DNA of 64,000 nt from an uncultured Gemmatimonadales bacterium (GTDB lineage: Bacteria; Gemmatimonadota; Gemmatimonadetes; Gemmatimonadales; GWC2-71-9), in assembly GCA_963806875.1 (NCBI GenBank), contig CAWDYU010000001.1, positions 928,402 to 992,401 on the forward strand, read 5' to 3'. Shown here one piece after another: positions 40,235 to 50,866 of this stretch. A program made the position numbers and the translations under genes. The first letter of the stretch is position 1, and each line of letters opens with the position of its first letter. The notes beneath the pieces were generated by a model. The model did not search any database. It was not told where the DNA came from and saw only the letters and a list, made by a program, of their open reading frames with translations.

Positions 40235-40767
40235 CTACCAGGCCACGGCGTAGCGCGAGAAGTGACTGAGCTGGGCGGAAACAGTGGTCGCGGTGCGACC
40301 GGTGGTCCGCAGTTTCTCCAGTACCCGACCGAAGTCGTCGGTGTACACGATGTACGAGTTTGCGGGATTTCCCACGCACGCCGTGCTCAGGGTAAGCGTC
40401 GGCTTTGCCGAGGACGAGAACGTCAGGCCGTGCGGCAGGAAGCGGACGCCGGCGGTGCCGTCGAGCAGGGGCAGCATCGTGATCGTCACCGTCTTCGACA
40501 GCGCGTTCCGCGGGATCACCAGCGTGTTGCCACCCAGCTTGATCGTGCCTCCCGCCTTGCCGATCGCCACCGACAACGGTGTCAGGCACGATACAGGATA
40601 CGCGCCTGCAGCACGTCGCTGATCAGGCCAGCGCGAATTGCCGGCGCCGGCGAGGTGGCGAAGGCGGCGTCCGGTGCTGCCTCAGGCCCGGTCGAGACCT
40701 GGTTGCCGCATGCCACGGCAAGCGCCACCAGTGCGGCTACTGCAACGTTCATCGTCTTGCGGTACAT
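40235..40767 (-). pseudogene. lipoprotein (hypothetical), one frame break as written
   Basis: 'MYRKTMNVAVAALVALAVACGNQ' lipobox in the frame ending at TGA ~40582. The body 'LTPLSVAIGKAGGTIKLGGNTLVIP...SHFSRYAVAW*' is the 40235..40576 ORF. Junction near 40580. Confidence 0.45.
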
Positions 40768-40990
40768 CCTTGCACCCCTCGGTTTCGCGTAAATCCGTCG
40801 GTCCTGCGCCGCCGAGTCCGCGTGCTTCCCGTTCGGGAGCGTGCACGAAAGAAAGGCGGTATCTCCAGTCCAGCCGTTGGGAGACACCGCATCGAGTGCG
40901 AGTGCAGTCCACCTTCGGCACCTAGCCATCTCGCCGGGGTGTTGCCCCGTCGAGACCTTGGGTTTTGCGGCCCCGGATCGCTCCGGGTGT

Positions 40991-41083
40991 GCTGTATCGA
41001 GCAGAACAGTTTTTTCTGACCCTAGGGCGACACCTACACTCAACTACCTAGGGTTTCTCCTACGCTGGTGTATCTAGCAGAAC
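40991..41083. repeat. pair of 17-bp direct repeats (GsTGTATCkAGCAGAAC) 76 bp apart, enclosing two CCTAGGG copies
   Basis: 40991-41007 'gctgtatcgagcagaac' vs 41067-41083 'ggtgtatctagcagaac' (15/17 identical). CCTAGGG at 41021-41027 and 41047-41053. Located in the divergent intergenic region. Confidence 0.8.
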
Positions 41084-41259
41084 CCGTGCCGCGCCGAGGA
41101 CCAGGTCAACCCATGTCAGTCAGGATGACGTAAGCTATTGTTGGGTAACATGTTGACACTGAATGCCCAGATCGGGCCGAAGCCCGCTGCTGATAAATTA
41201 TTGGGCACTTGATCGCCTCCACTGGCACCGCTATCGGCTGAGTGCCATCTTCGACAGCA

Positions 41260-42933
41260 ATGACCACATACATATGGTATGCAAAAGTGCGTTCCGTCGG
41301 CGGGGTGCTGGCGGCGGTGGCGCTGGCAAGCTGCCAACCCGAAGCTGACCGGGGCTGCGAGGGCGAATACTGCGGGACGCTGGTGTTCGCCGCGCCCGGT
41401 GAGCCGTCCGCGTTGCTCCCTGTGCTGAGCGACGAAGCACTCGACCGCGACATTTTCGACCAGGTCTACCTCAAGCTCGCTGACGTCGGTCCCACAGCAA
41501 GCACGACATCGGTCGAGGAGTTCGAGCCTCTCCTCGCCCACCGGTGGGAATGGTCCGATTCCTTGACGCTCGTTTTTCATCTCGACCCACGGGCCCGCTG
41601 GCACGACGGGTCGCCGGTGCAGGCCGACGACGTGGCGTTCACGTATTCCGCGTACACGGACACACTGATTGATTCGCCGTTTCGTGGGGTGCTCGCCCAT
41701 GTGGTCGCGGTGGAAGCAGCGGATTCCCTGCGCGCCGTTTTCCGGTTCGACCACGTCTATCCGGAGATGCTCTTCGACGCGGTGTACCACATGCGGATCC
41801 TCCCCCAGCACCTGCTGGCTGGCATCGCCCGGGACGCGTGGTCGACCGCACCCCTGTCGCGCGCACCCATCGGGAACGGCCCGTATCGCTTCGTGTCGTG
41901 GACGGCAGGGCAGAGCGTCGAGCTCGTCGCCGACTCGACCTTCTTTCTCGGCCGCCCGCACATCCGCCGGCTCGTGTGGCGGTTCACCCCCGACCTGACC
42001 GTCGCCGTCACCCAGGTGGTGGCTGGCGAAGCTGATGCGATCCAGGTGCTCGTGACGCCACCCAATATCGAACGTGCGACCGCTGCCCCGCAGATTGCGC
42101 TCTATGAGTACGCCGGTTCCGTGTACAACGTGCTCGGCTTCAACCTGCGCGCCAACGGCGATCGTGCCCGGCCGCATCCGGTGCTCGGCGAGGTGGCAGT
42201 GCGGCGGGCCCTCGTGCTGGCGACCGACCGGGTCCGCCTGGCGACCAGTGTTTTCGGGTCGCACGCCAAGGTGCCCCCCGGGCCGATCTCGCAGCTCTGG
42301 CGGGAACTCTGGTTCGACAGCCTGGTCGTTCCACCGTACGATCCGGCGCGTGCCGCGGCGCTGCTGGATACCGCGGGCTGGAAGATCGGCCCGGACGGCA
42401 TTCGTGCGCGCGCTGGCACTCCCCTCGCATTCTCGGTTGCCGTGCCATCGAGCAGCGGTTCCCGCAAGCAGTACGCGCAGCTCCTCCAGGAACAGCTGCG
42501 CAACATCGGGGTGACGGTCACCATCGACCTCATGGAGGGCGCAACCATGCAGGAGCGCCAACGATCCGGCGCCTATGATGCGATCATGGAGGCGTGGAGC
42601 ACCGACCCGAGCCCGTCGTCGGTGCTTCGGGATGCGTGGACGCAGGAGGGTGAGGCGAATTTCGGCGGTTACGCCAATCCGGTGTTCGATGGTCATGTGC
42701 GACGTGCGACCACGGCGAGCGATGCTGCCGTGGCATCGCTCGCGTGGCGCGATGCGCTCGCCGTTCTCGCGGACGATGCCCCGGCGATGGTGCTCTACGC
42801 GCTGGACAATATCGCCGCCGTCGATCGTCGGGTTACCAACGTGCGCATCCGCCCGGACTACTGGTGGGCGTACGTGCGGCACTGGAAGATTCCGCCCGAC
42901 AAGCTCACCGCGCGGGACAGGGCGGTGCGCTGA
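41260..42933 (+). CDS. ABC transporter substrate-binding protein, family 5 (peptide/nickel type)
   Basis: Lipoprotein signal 'VGGVLAAVALASC'. 'LVFHLDPRARWHDGSPVQADDVAFTY...PIGNGPYRFVSW' is typical of DppA/OppA-like SBPs. The start is ATG 41260 or GTG 41242. Confidence 0.85.
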   Translation: MTTYIWYAKVRSVGGVLAAVALASCQPEADRGCEGEYCGTLVFAAPGEPSALLPVLSDEALDRDIFDQVYLKLADVGPTASTTSVEEFEPLLAHRWEWSDSLTLVFHLDPRARWHDGSPVQADDVAFTYSAYTDTLIDSPFRGVLAHVVAVEAADSLRAVFRFDHVYPEMLFDAVYHMRILPQHLLAGIARDAWSTAPLSRAPIGNGPYRFVSWTAGQSVELVADSTFFLGRPHIRRLVWRFTPDLTVAVTQVVAGEADAIQVLVTPPNIERATAAPQIALYEYAGSVYNVLGFNLRANGDRARPHPVLGEVAVRRALVLATDRVRLATSVFGSHAKVPPGPISQLWRELWFDSLVVPPYDPARAAALLDTAGWKIGPDGIRARAGTPLAFSVAVPSSSGSRKQYAQLLQEQLRNIGVTVTIDLMEGATMQERQRSGAYDAIMEAWSTDPSPSSVLRDAWTQEGEANFGGYANPVFDGHVRRATTASDAAVASLAWRDALAVLADDAPAMVLYALDNIAAVDRRVTNVRIRPDYWWAYVRHWKIPPDKLTARDRAVR

Positions 42934-43914
42934 ATGAAGGCGGCGATCGTTCGGCGGCTCGCGTCGTCGTTGGCGATCATCGGCGCAGTGCTGACCTTCA
43001 CGTTCGTGGCGATGCATGCTGCCCCAGGAACACCGTTCATGCCCCGCGGCGATCGGGCCGCATTCGATCAGGCTACCATCGCCCGGCTCGAAACGGTGTA
43101 CGGTCTCGATCGTCCCCTTCCCGAGCAATACCTTCGTTACGTGGCCGCGCTGAGCCAGGGCGAACTGGGCCAGTCATTCAGCCAACGGCGTCCAGTCGCT
43201 GCGATGCTGCGGGAGGCCGTGCCGAACACCATCGTGCTCATGGGCGTTGCGCTCCTGATCGAACTTTGTGTCGGCACGGCACTGGGTATCTATCAGGCCG
43301 TTCGTGCCCGTCGACCGATTGATGCTTTCCTCATGCGCGTCACGCTGCTCGGCTGGTCGCTGCCCACCTTCTGGCTGGGCCTGGTACTCCTGCTGGTGTT
43401 CGGGGAGTGGCTGCGGTGGCTTCCGGTCGCCGGGGTGATCGACCCGGCAATCCATGCGTCGCTCGATACCACCGGTCGGATGATCGACCGGCTGCGCCAC
43501 ATCATCCTGCCCGCACTCACGCTCGGCATCGTGGGGGCTGCAGGTCTGGCGAGGTTTCAGCGTGCCGCGACGCTCGAGGTCATCGGCAGCGACTTCCTGC
43601 GCACCGCCCGCGCCAAGGGACTGTCGTCCAGGGCGGTGCGGCGGCGGCACCTCATTCGGCCCTCGCTCATCCCCGCCATCACCATCTTCGGTCTTTCGTT
43701 CCCGTTTCTCCTCACCGGCTCCGTGGTCATCGAATCCGTCTTCGCGTGGCCGGGGATGGGCAAGCTCGCGGCCGACGCCATCGCCACCCGCGACTATCCG
43801 GTCGTGCTCGCGACGACGCTGCTATCCGCGACCATGGTCGTGGCGGGGAGTGCGCTGGCGGATGCGCTCACCCTGCTGGTCGACCCCAGGACGCGCGGTA
43901 CCGCCACCGCATGA
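42934..43914 (+). CDS. ABC transporter permease (DppB/OppB-like)
   Basis: '...LPEQYLRYVAALSQGELGQSF' N-terminus and the EAA-like loop 'DFLRTARAKGLSSRAVRRRHLIRPSLIP'. Confidence 0.9.
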   Translation: MKAAIVRRLASSLAIIGAVLTFTFVAMHAAPGTPFMPRGDRAAFDQATIARLETVYGLDRPLPEQYLRYVAALSQGELGQSFSQRRPVAAMLREAVPNTIVLMGVALLIELCVGTALGIYQAVRARRPIDAFLMRVTLLGWSLPTFWLGLVLLLVFGEWLRWLPVAGVIDPAIHASLDTTGRMIDRLRHIILPALTLGIVGAAGLARFQRAATLEVIGSDFLRTARAKGLSSRAVRRRHLIRPSLIPAITIFGLSFPFLLTGSVVIESVFAWPGMGKLAADAIATRDYPVVLATTLLSATMVVAGSALADALTLLVDPRTRGTATA

Positions 43915-44838
43915 CACCGCGGCACTGGCTGGCGATCATTGCCCTGCTGATCGTGTCATCGATCATCACCCGGTCGCTGGGCGCCCATGGCCAGTCCCGC
44001 CGCGCACTCCTCCCGCGATCTGCCGGCGGGACCATGGCGGTCGGCGCCCTCATCTTCCTGACACTCGTTGCGATCACCGCACCGTATGTGACCGCCTACG
44101 CGCCGTTCGAGCAGCTCGACATCATCGCGCTTTCCAATCAGGCACCGAGTCTTCGGCATCCACTCGGGACCGATGTCCTGAGCCGCGATGTGTGGACCAG
44201 GGTTGCGTACGGCGCCAGGGTGTCGCTCGGCGTCGGCTGCCTCGCCATGCTCGTCGCGCTGGTAATCGGCGGAGCCGTCGGGCTTACTTGCGGGGACACG
44301 CGGCGGCGTCGTCGATGGAGCGCTGATGCGGCTGGTTGACGTCGGCCTGGCCGTGCCACAGTTGTTCGTCGTGATGGTCGCTGTTGGCCTCTGGGGGCAG
44401 TTCACCGTTGCAGGCCTGGTCGTCCTCATCGGCTGCACCGGATGGTTCGCCACATCGCGATTGGTGCGAGCAGAGGTGCTTGCGCTCCGCAACGGTCCCA
44501 TGGTGCTGGGCGCAGAGGCCATCGGCGCCTCGACCACTCGAATCATCGTCCGGCACCTCCTCCCCAATGTGGCCGCCACGCTCCTGATCACGGCGGCGCT
44601 CGGGGTCGGGGCCGCCATGCTGCTCGAGGCGGCGCTGTCATTCCTCGGGGTGGGTGTGCGACCGCCCACCCCGAGTTGGGGCAACATGATCGCCGACGGG
44701 CGGGATCATCTCTCGATTGCGCCATGGACATCGGTTGCGCCTGGCCTCGCCATCGCGCTGGCTGTGGTCTCCCTCAACGCAGCTGCCGACAACTTTCGCG
44801 ACGCGCTCGATCCGCGCGGTCCCGTCGGCAGATCCTGA
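43911..44838 (+). pseudogene. ABC transporter permease (DppC/OppC-like), one frame break as written
   Basis: ATGA overlap with the upstream permease. 'HPLGTDVLSRDVWTRVAYGARVSL' in frame 0. 'GGVVDGALMRLVDVGLAVPQLF...VLGAEAIGASTTRIIVRHLLPNV' in frame 1. Junction near 44283. Confidence 0.85.
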
Positions 44839-44924
44839 GCAGCGCGTAGACCAGTGTTTCCGCCACTTCGCGCCGCAATTGCGCTAGATTCCATCGATAC
44901 CCCTTCCTGGATCGAATCCCGACC

Positions 44925-46332
44925 ATGTCAGGCTTCCTCGAGCAGGTGAACGCCGCGTTCGACCGCGCTGCCGCGTTTACCCACCACGATCCGACACTCC
45001 TGGAGCAGATCAAGGCGTGCAACGCCGTCTACTACATGAGCTTCCCGCTCAAGCGCGACGATGGCACGATCGAGGTGATCCACGCGTGGCGCGCCGAGCA
45101 CAGCCAGCACAAGTCTCCCACCAAGGGAGGGATCCGCTACAGCATGGGCGTGAGCGACGATGAAGTGATGGCGCTGGCCGCACTGATGACGTACAAGTGC
45201 GCGATCGTCGATGTGCCGTTCGGGGGCGCCAAGGGCGGTGTGCGAATCGACCGCCGGAAGTATTCGGAGGGCGAGCTCGAGCGGGTGACGCAGGCGCTAC
45301 ACCTACGAGCTCGTGCGAAAGCGCTTCATCGGTCCCGGCATCGATGTGCCCGCTCCGGACTACGGAACTTCGTCGAAGGAAATGGCGTGGATCGCCGATA
45401 CCTACGCCAGCCTTTCCGGCGGCGAAATCGATGCGCTGGCGTGCGTGACCGCAAAGCCGCTCGCCCAGGGCGGTATTCGCGGGCGCACCGAGGCAACAGG
45501 GCTGGGCGTCTTCTACGGACTGCGTGAGGTCTGCAACTCGGCCGAGGAAATGTCGCGCCTCGGGCTCCCCACCGGCTTGCAGGGAAAGCGCGTGGTGGTG
45601 CAGGGGCTCGGCAACGTGGGCTACCACGCCGCGAAGTTCCTGCAGGACGCCGGCGCCATCATCGTCGGCATCGCCGAGTATCGGGCCGCGTTGTCGAACC
45701 CGAACGGTCTCGATGTGGATGCGGTCAACGCGTGGCGCATCGAACATGGCACGGTCATCGGCTATCCCGATGCGACCGAGATCCCGAACACGCTCCAGGG
45801 CCTCGAGCTTGATTGTGACATCCTGATTCCTGCCGCACTCGAGCACCAGATCACCGTCGAGAACGCCCCGCGCATCAAGGCGAAGATTGTCGCCGAGGCG
45901 GCCAACGGCCCGACGACCGCGGCCGCCGAAGCGATCCTCGAGGAGCGCGGCGTGTTGATCCTCCCGGATATCTGGCTCAACGCCGGCGGGGTGATCGTGT
46001 CGTATTTCGAGTGGCTCAAGAATCTTTCGCACGTGCGGTTCGGGCGGATGGAGAAGCGGTACGAGGAGGGGGCCTATCGCCGGATGCTCGCTGCGATCGA
46101 GAAATCGACCGGCAAGACTTTTCCCGAAGAAGAGGCAAGGGCGATCACCGAGGGGGCCTCGGAGGAGGACCTCGTCTACTCCGGCCTCGAGGAATCGATG
46201 AGTGCGGCGTACCAACAGCTCTGCACGATCCGGGAGCGACACGACCAGCGGATCAGCCTCCGCACGGCAGCGTTCATCAACTCGATCGACAAGGTGGCGC
46301 GGTCCTACACCGAAATGGGGATCTGGCCATGA
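44925..46332 (+). pseudogene. Glu/Leu/Phe/Val-family glutamate dehydrogenase, one frame break as written
   Basis: 'SPTKGGIRY' and '[10 protein letters not shown]' in frame 0. '[24 protein letters not shown]...' and Rossmann 'VVVQGLGNVGYHAAKFL' in frame 1. Junction near 45293. Confidence 0.9.
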
Positions 46333-49071
46333 ACAGAAAGTCGCCCTTCACCGTGCTGCTGATGCTGGCCCTGCTGTTGGGCGGTGCTCATGCCGATCGC
46401 CACCGGCATGCTCGTCGACTACTGGTGGTTCCGCGACCTTGGCTTCGAGGTGCTCTTCAGCCGGACGATCACCACCCGATTGATGCTGTTCGCGATCGGT
46501 GCCGGGCTCACCGGGGCGGTGGTCTGGGCAAACCTTCGCTTCGCACAGCGGGGCGCGGTCTCCGACGTGATCCGCATGCAGGTCCATGCCGCGTCGGGTG
46601 AGCAGGTCGTCGACCTCTCCCGCGTCATCGATCGCCTGACACGTCCGGTGACACTGGCACTCGCCGTGATGTTCGGCCTCGGGGCGAGTGCGCTCTGGGA
46701 TGTGACGTTGCAGGCGTCGCTGGCCACGCCGTTCGGCGTGACGGATCCCGTGTTCGGTCGCGACGTCGGTTTCTACGTCTTCACGCTGCCCGCGATCAGC
46801 GCCGTGCTCGGCGTGCTTGCGATCCCTCGCGGTCCTGCTGCTGCTCATCCTGTCGGCGATCTACTTCCTCCGCGGCGACATCGTGCTGGCACCGCGCCGC
46901 CTCCGGATCGAGCCGTCGGCGGGCATGCACCTCGCCGGTACTCCTCGCCGTTCATCTTCGTGGTGTGGGCGCTCCAGCTCTGGTTCGTCGACACGTCGAA
47001 CCTGCTGTTCTCCACAGACCGGCCCGTTGGTGGGCGCGAGCTACACCGACATGCACGCGACGCTGCCGGCGCTGCGGGTCTCAGCCGTGGTCGCCCTGCT
47101 TGCAGCGGTCGTGGTGCTCATCGGTGGCGCGCGTCGCGAACTCGGGGCCTACGCCGTGGCGGCGCTGGCCGTGTATGGCCTGGTGTCGGTGGTCGGCCGC
47201 GGCCTCATCCCGGGACTGGTGCAGAAGTTCATCGTGGCCCCCACCGAGCTCACCCGCGAGGAGCCGTATCCTGGGCCGCCACATCGCCGCCACGCGCCTG
47301 GCGTGGGGAATCGACAGCGTCGAGGTCCGCGACCTGGAGGGAGAGGCCACTCTCGGCCTCGCCAGCATCCGCGACAACGCCGCAACCATCGACAACGTGC
47401 GGCTCTGGGACCGCGAGCCGCTGCTCCGCACCTTCAGCCAGATCCAGGAGATTCGGACCTATTACGATTTCGTGTCGGTCGACGACGATCGGTACTGGAT
47501 CGATGGCCGATACCGGCAGGTGCTGCTCGCACCACGCGAGCTGAACTCGGCGTCACTGCCGACTCGAACCTTCATCAACGAGCACCTCACCTTCACCCAC
47601 GGCATGGGGCTGACGCTGAGCCCGGTCAACCAGGTCACCACCGAGGGATTGCCCGTCCTCTTCGTGAAGGACCTGCCGCCATCGACCACCGGGTCGCTGA
47701 AGATCTCGCGACCGCAGATCTATTACGGCGAACTGACCAACACCTTCGTCTTCGTCGAACACGAAGCAGAAGGAGTTCGACTACCCGGCCGGCGAGTCGA
47801 ACGTGTACAGCACCTACGACGGAACCGGCGGCGTCCCGGTGGGCGGGATCGTCCGGCGCGCTATCCTGGCGGCACGAGTTCGGCTCCTCGAAGATCCTCC
47901 TGTCCGGCGATATCACCGCCGAGAGCCGGATCCTCTTCCACCGCAACATTGTCGACCGGGTGAAGAAGGCGTTTCCGTTCCTGCGCCTCGACCGCGATCC
48001 CTACATGGTGGTCGCAACCGATGGTACGCTGCAGTGGATCCAGGACGCCTACACCGTCACCAGCCGGTACCCCTACTCGTACCGGACCAACGATGGCGTC
48101 GCGTACATCCGGAACAGTGTCAAGATCGTGATCGATGCCTACCACGGCACCCTCACGCCGTACATCGCCGAGCCGGACGATCCGCTGATCCGCACGTGGG
48201 CGAAGGTGTACCCGGGCGTCTTCAAGCCGCTCGAAGAGATGCCCGCAGACCTGCGCGCCCACATCCGCTATCCGGACGAGCTCTTCCGCGCGCAGACGCG
48301 CGCTACGTCACCTATCACATGGACACGCCGGCGACGTTCTACAATCGCGAGGACGAGTGGCAGGTGCCGGTCATCACCCGTAACGATCAGGCCGTGCCGT
48401 TCATGCGCCACATCGTCATGCGGTTGCCCGACGAGGCGGCCGCCGAGTTCATCTACATGGCGCCGTTCACCCCGCGCGGCAAGGACAATCTTGCTGCGTG
48501 GATGGTCGCCCGGAACGACGGCGAGCACTACGGCAAGCTCCGCGTCTACCGCTTCCCGCGGCAGAGCCTCGTGTTCGGCCCGCGACAGATCGAGAACCGC
48601 ATCAACCAGGACACCGAGATATCCCGTCAGGTATCGCTGTGGGATCAGCGCGGGTCCGAGGTCATCCGTGGCGACCTGCTCGTGATTCCGATCGAGGAGT
48701 CGCTGCTCTACGTGCAGCCGATCTACCTGCAGGCCGATGGCGGGATGATTCCCGAGTTGAAGCGGGTGGTGGTCGCGTACCAGAACCAGGTGATCATGCG
48801 GGAGACGCTCGACGCTGCGCTGTCCGAGATGTTTGGTGGCGAGGTCGGTGGACGCGTGGCCGACTCGGCGGGGCCGGCCGACACGACGCGGGCCGGTGCA
48901 GCGCCTGCGCCTCGACCTGCCGTGTCGGGAGAGGCCCTGGCCGAGGCGCGGCGGCGCTATGACGCCGCCATCGAGGCGCAACGCGAGGGAGACTGGGCGC
49001 GGTACGGTGAGGAACTGCGGCAACTCGGCGCCGCACTTGAGCGACTCGGCGCGCAGCAGACACGCCCGTGA
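46329..49071 (+). pseudogene. UPF0182-family large membrane protein, at least 9 frame breaks as written
   Basis: ATGA overlap with the gdh stop. 'LVDYWWFRDLGFEVLF', '[16 protein letters not shown]', '[28 protein letters not shown]', '[17 protein letters not shown]', '[29 protein letters not shown]', '[22 protein letters not shown]' and '[20 protein letters not shown]' lie in different frames. Junctions near 46383, 46817, 46936, 46951, 47012, 47270, 47770, 47865 and 48302. Confidence 0.8.
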
Positions 49072-49093
49072 AGCCCGTGAGCCCTGCTGCCCG

Positions 49094-50010
<917 letters not shown>

Positions 50011-50014
<4 letters not shown>

Positions 50015-50859
50015 GGTGTCGATGGCACACCTCCCTCATCGGTGATGGAGGAGGTTGCCCAGCCTGCGAGCATCCCGCGCGCCCGGAATTCCGACTTGGC
50101 GCGCATGGTGACGTCGCTCTGCAGGCGCGGCTCGAAGCGATGGTCGTACACGTAGGCCTTTATCCTGAGCATGAGATGTGGCTGCATCTCGAACCGATCC
50201 TGCACCAGCACCACGATCGGCTTGGCAAGCAGGAGGTACGGTGACGTCAACGCGGCCTCGTACCCGATGGCGATGGCGAGCTGAGGGTCGGTGTCCGCAG
50301 GGAGGAAGAGGTCCGTGACGACCTGGCAGTCGGGCACCCCGGAGTTGGCATTCCAAGCCTGTCCCGTGAGGATCTCGCTGTTGGGGATCGTGACCCTGGT
50401 GTCTTCGGGGGTCGTGAGCCTCGTGCTCTGCAGGCCGATGTGATCGATCTCGCCATAGGCGTCACCGATCTTGACCCGGTCGCCGAGCTGGTACGGACGG
50501 TCGACGAGGATCACGATCCCGCCGATGACGTTCTTGACCAGGTCCTGTGCGCCGAGCCCCAGGGCGATGCCGAGTGACGCGAGTACCGCGAGCATGGTCT
50601 CGCGTGACGGTGCGAAAACCGATATCGCCACGAAGATGGCCAGGGCCCAGAGTGCGAACCGGACGAGTGGGGTCAGCATCTTGAAGAAGAAGCGCGCCCG
50701 TGGTGCCTCGTCGCCCAGCCGGTTGAGCACCCGTTGACTCACTCGAACGAGCAGCCATGCGACCGCGAGCACCGCGGCCACCTTGAGGATGCTGCCGAAA
50801 CTCACCGACGTCAGGATGTCGAGCGGGTTGTTGCTCCCGCCGCTGCTCAGCTGAACCAT
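50011..50859 (-). CDS. mechanosensitive ion channel family protein (MscS-like), middle gene
   Basis: '[56 protein letters not shown]...VTIPNSEI'. ATG 50859 lies 7 nt after the upstream stop, with GAGG overlapping that stop. Confidence 0.85.
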
Positions 50860-50866
50860 TGGTGCC

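Noticed and set aside
41153-41158. A perfect TTGACA -35-like hexamer, plus AT-rich patches, as a promoter for the ABC importer.
   Set aside because: No acceptable -10 hexamer lies 16-18 nt downstream ('gccgaa'). The promoter consensus of this organism is unknown, so I do not call a promoter.
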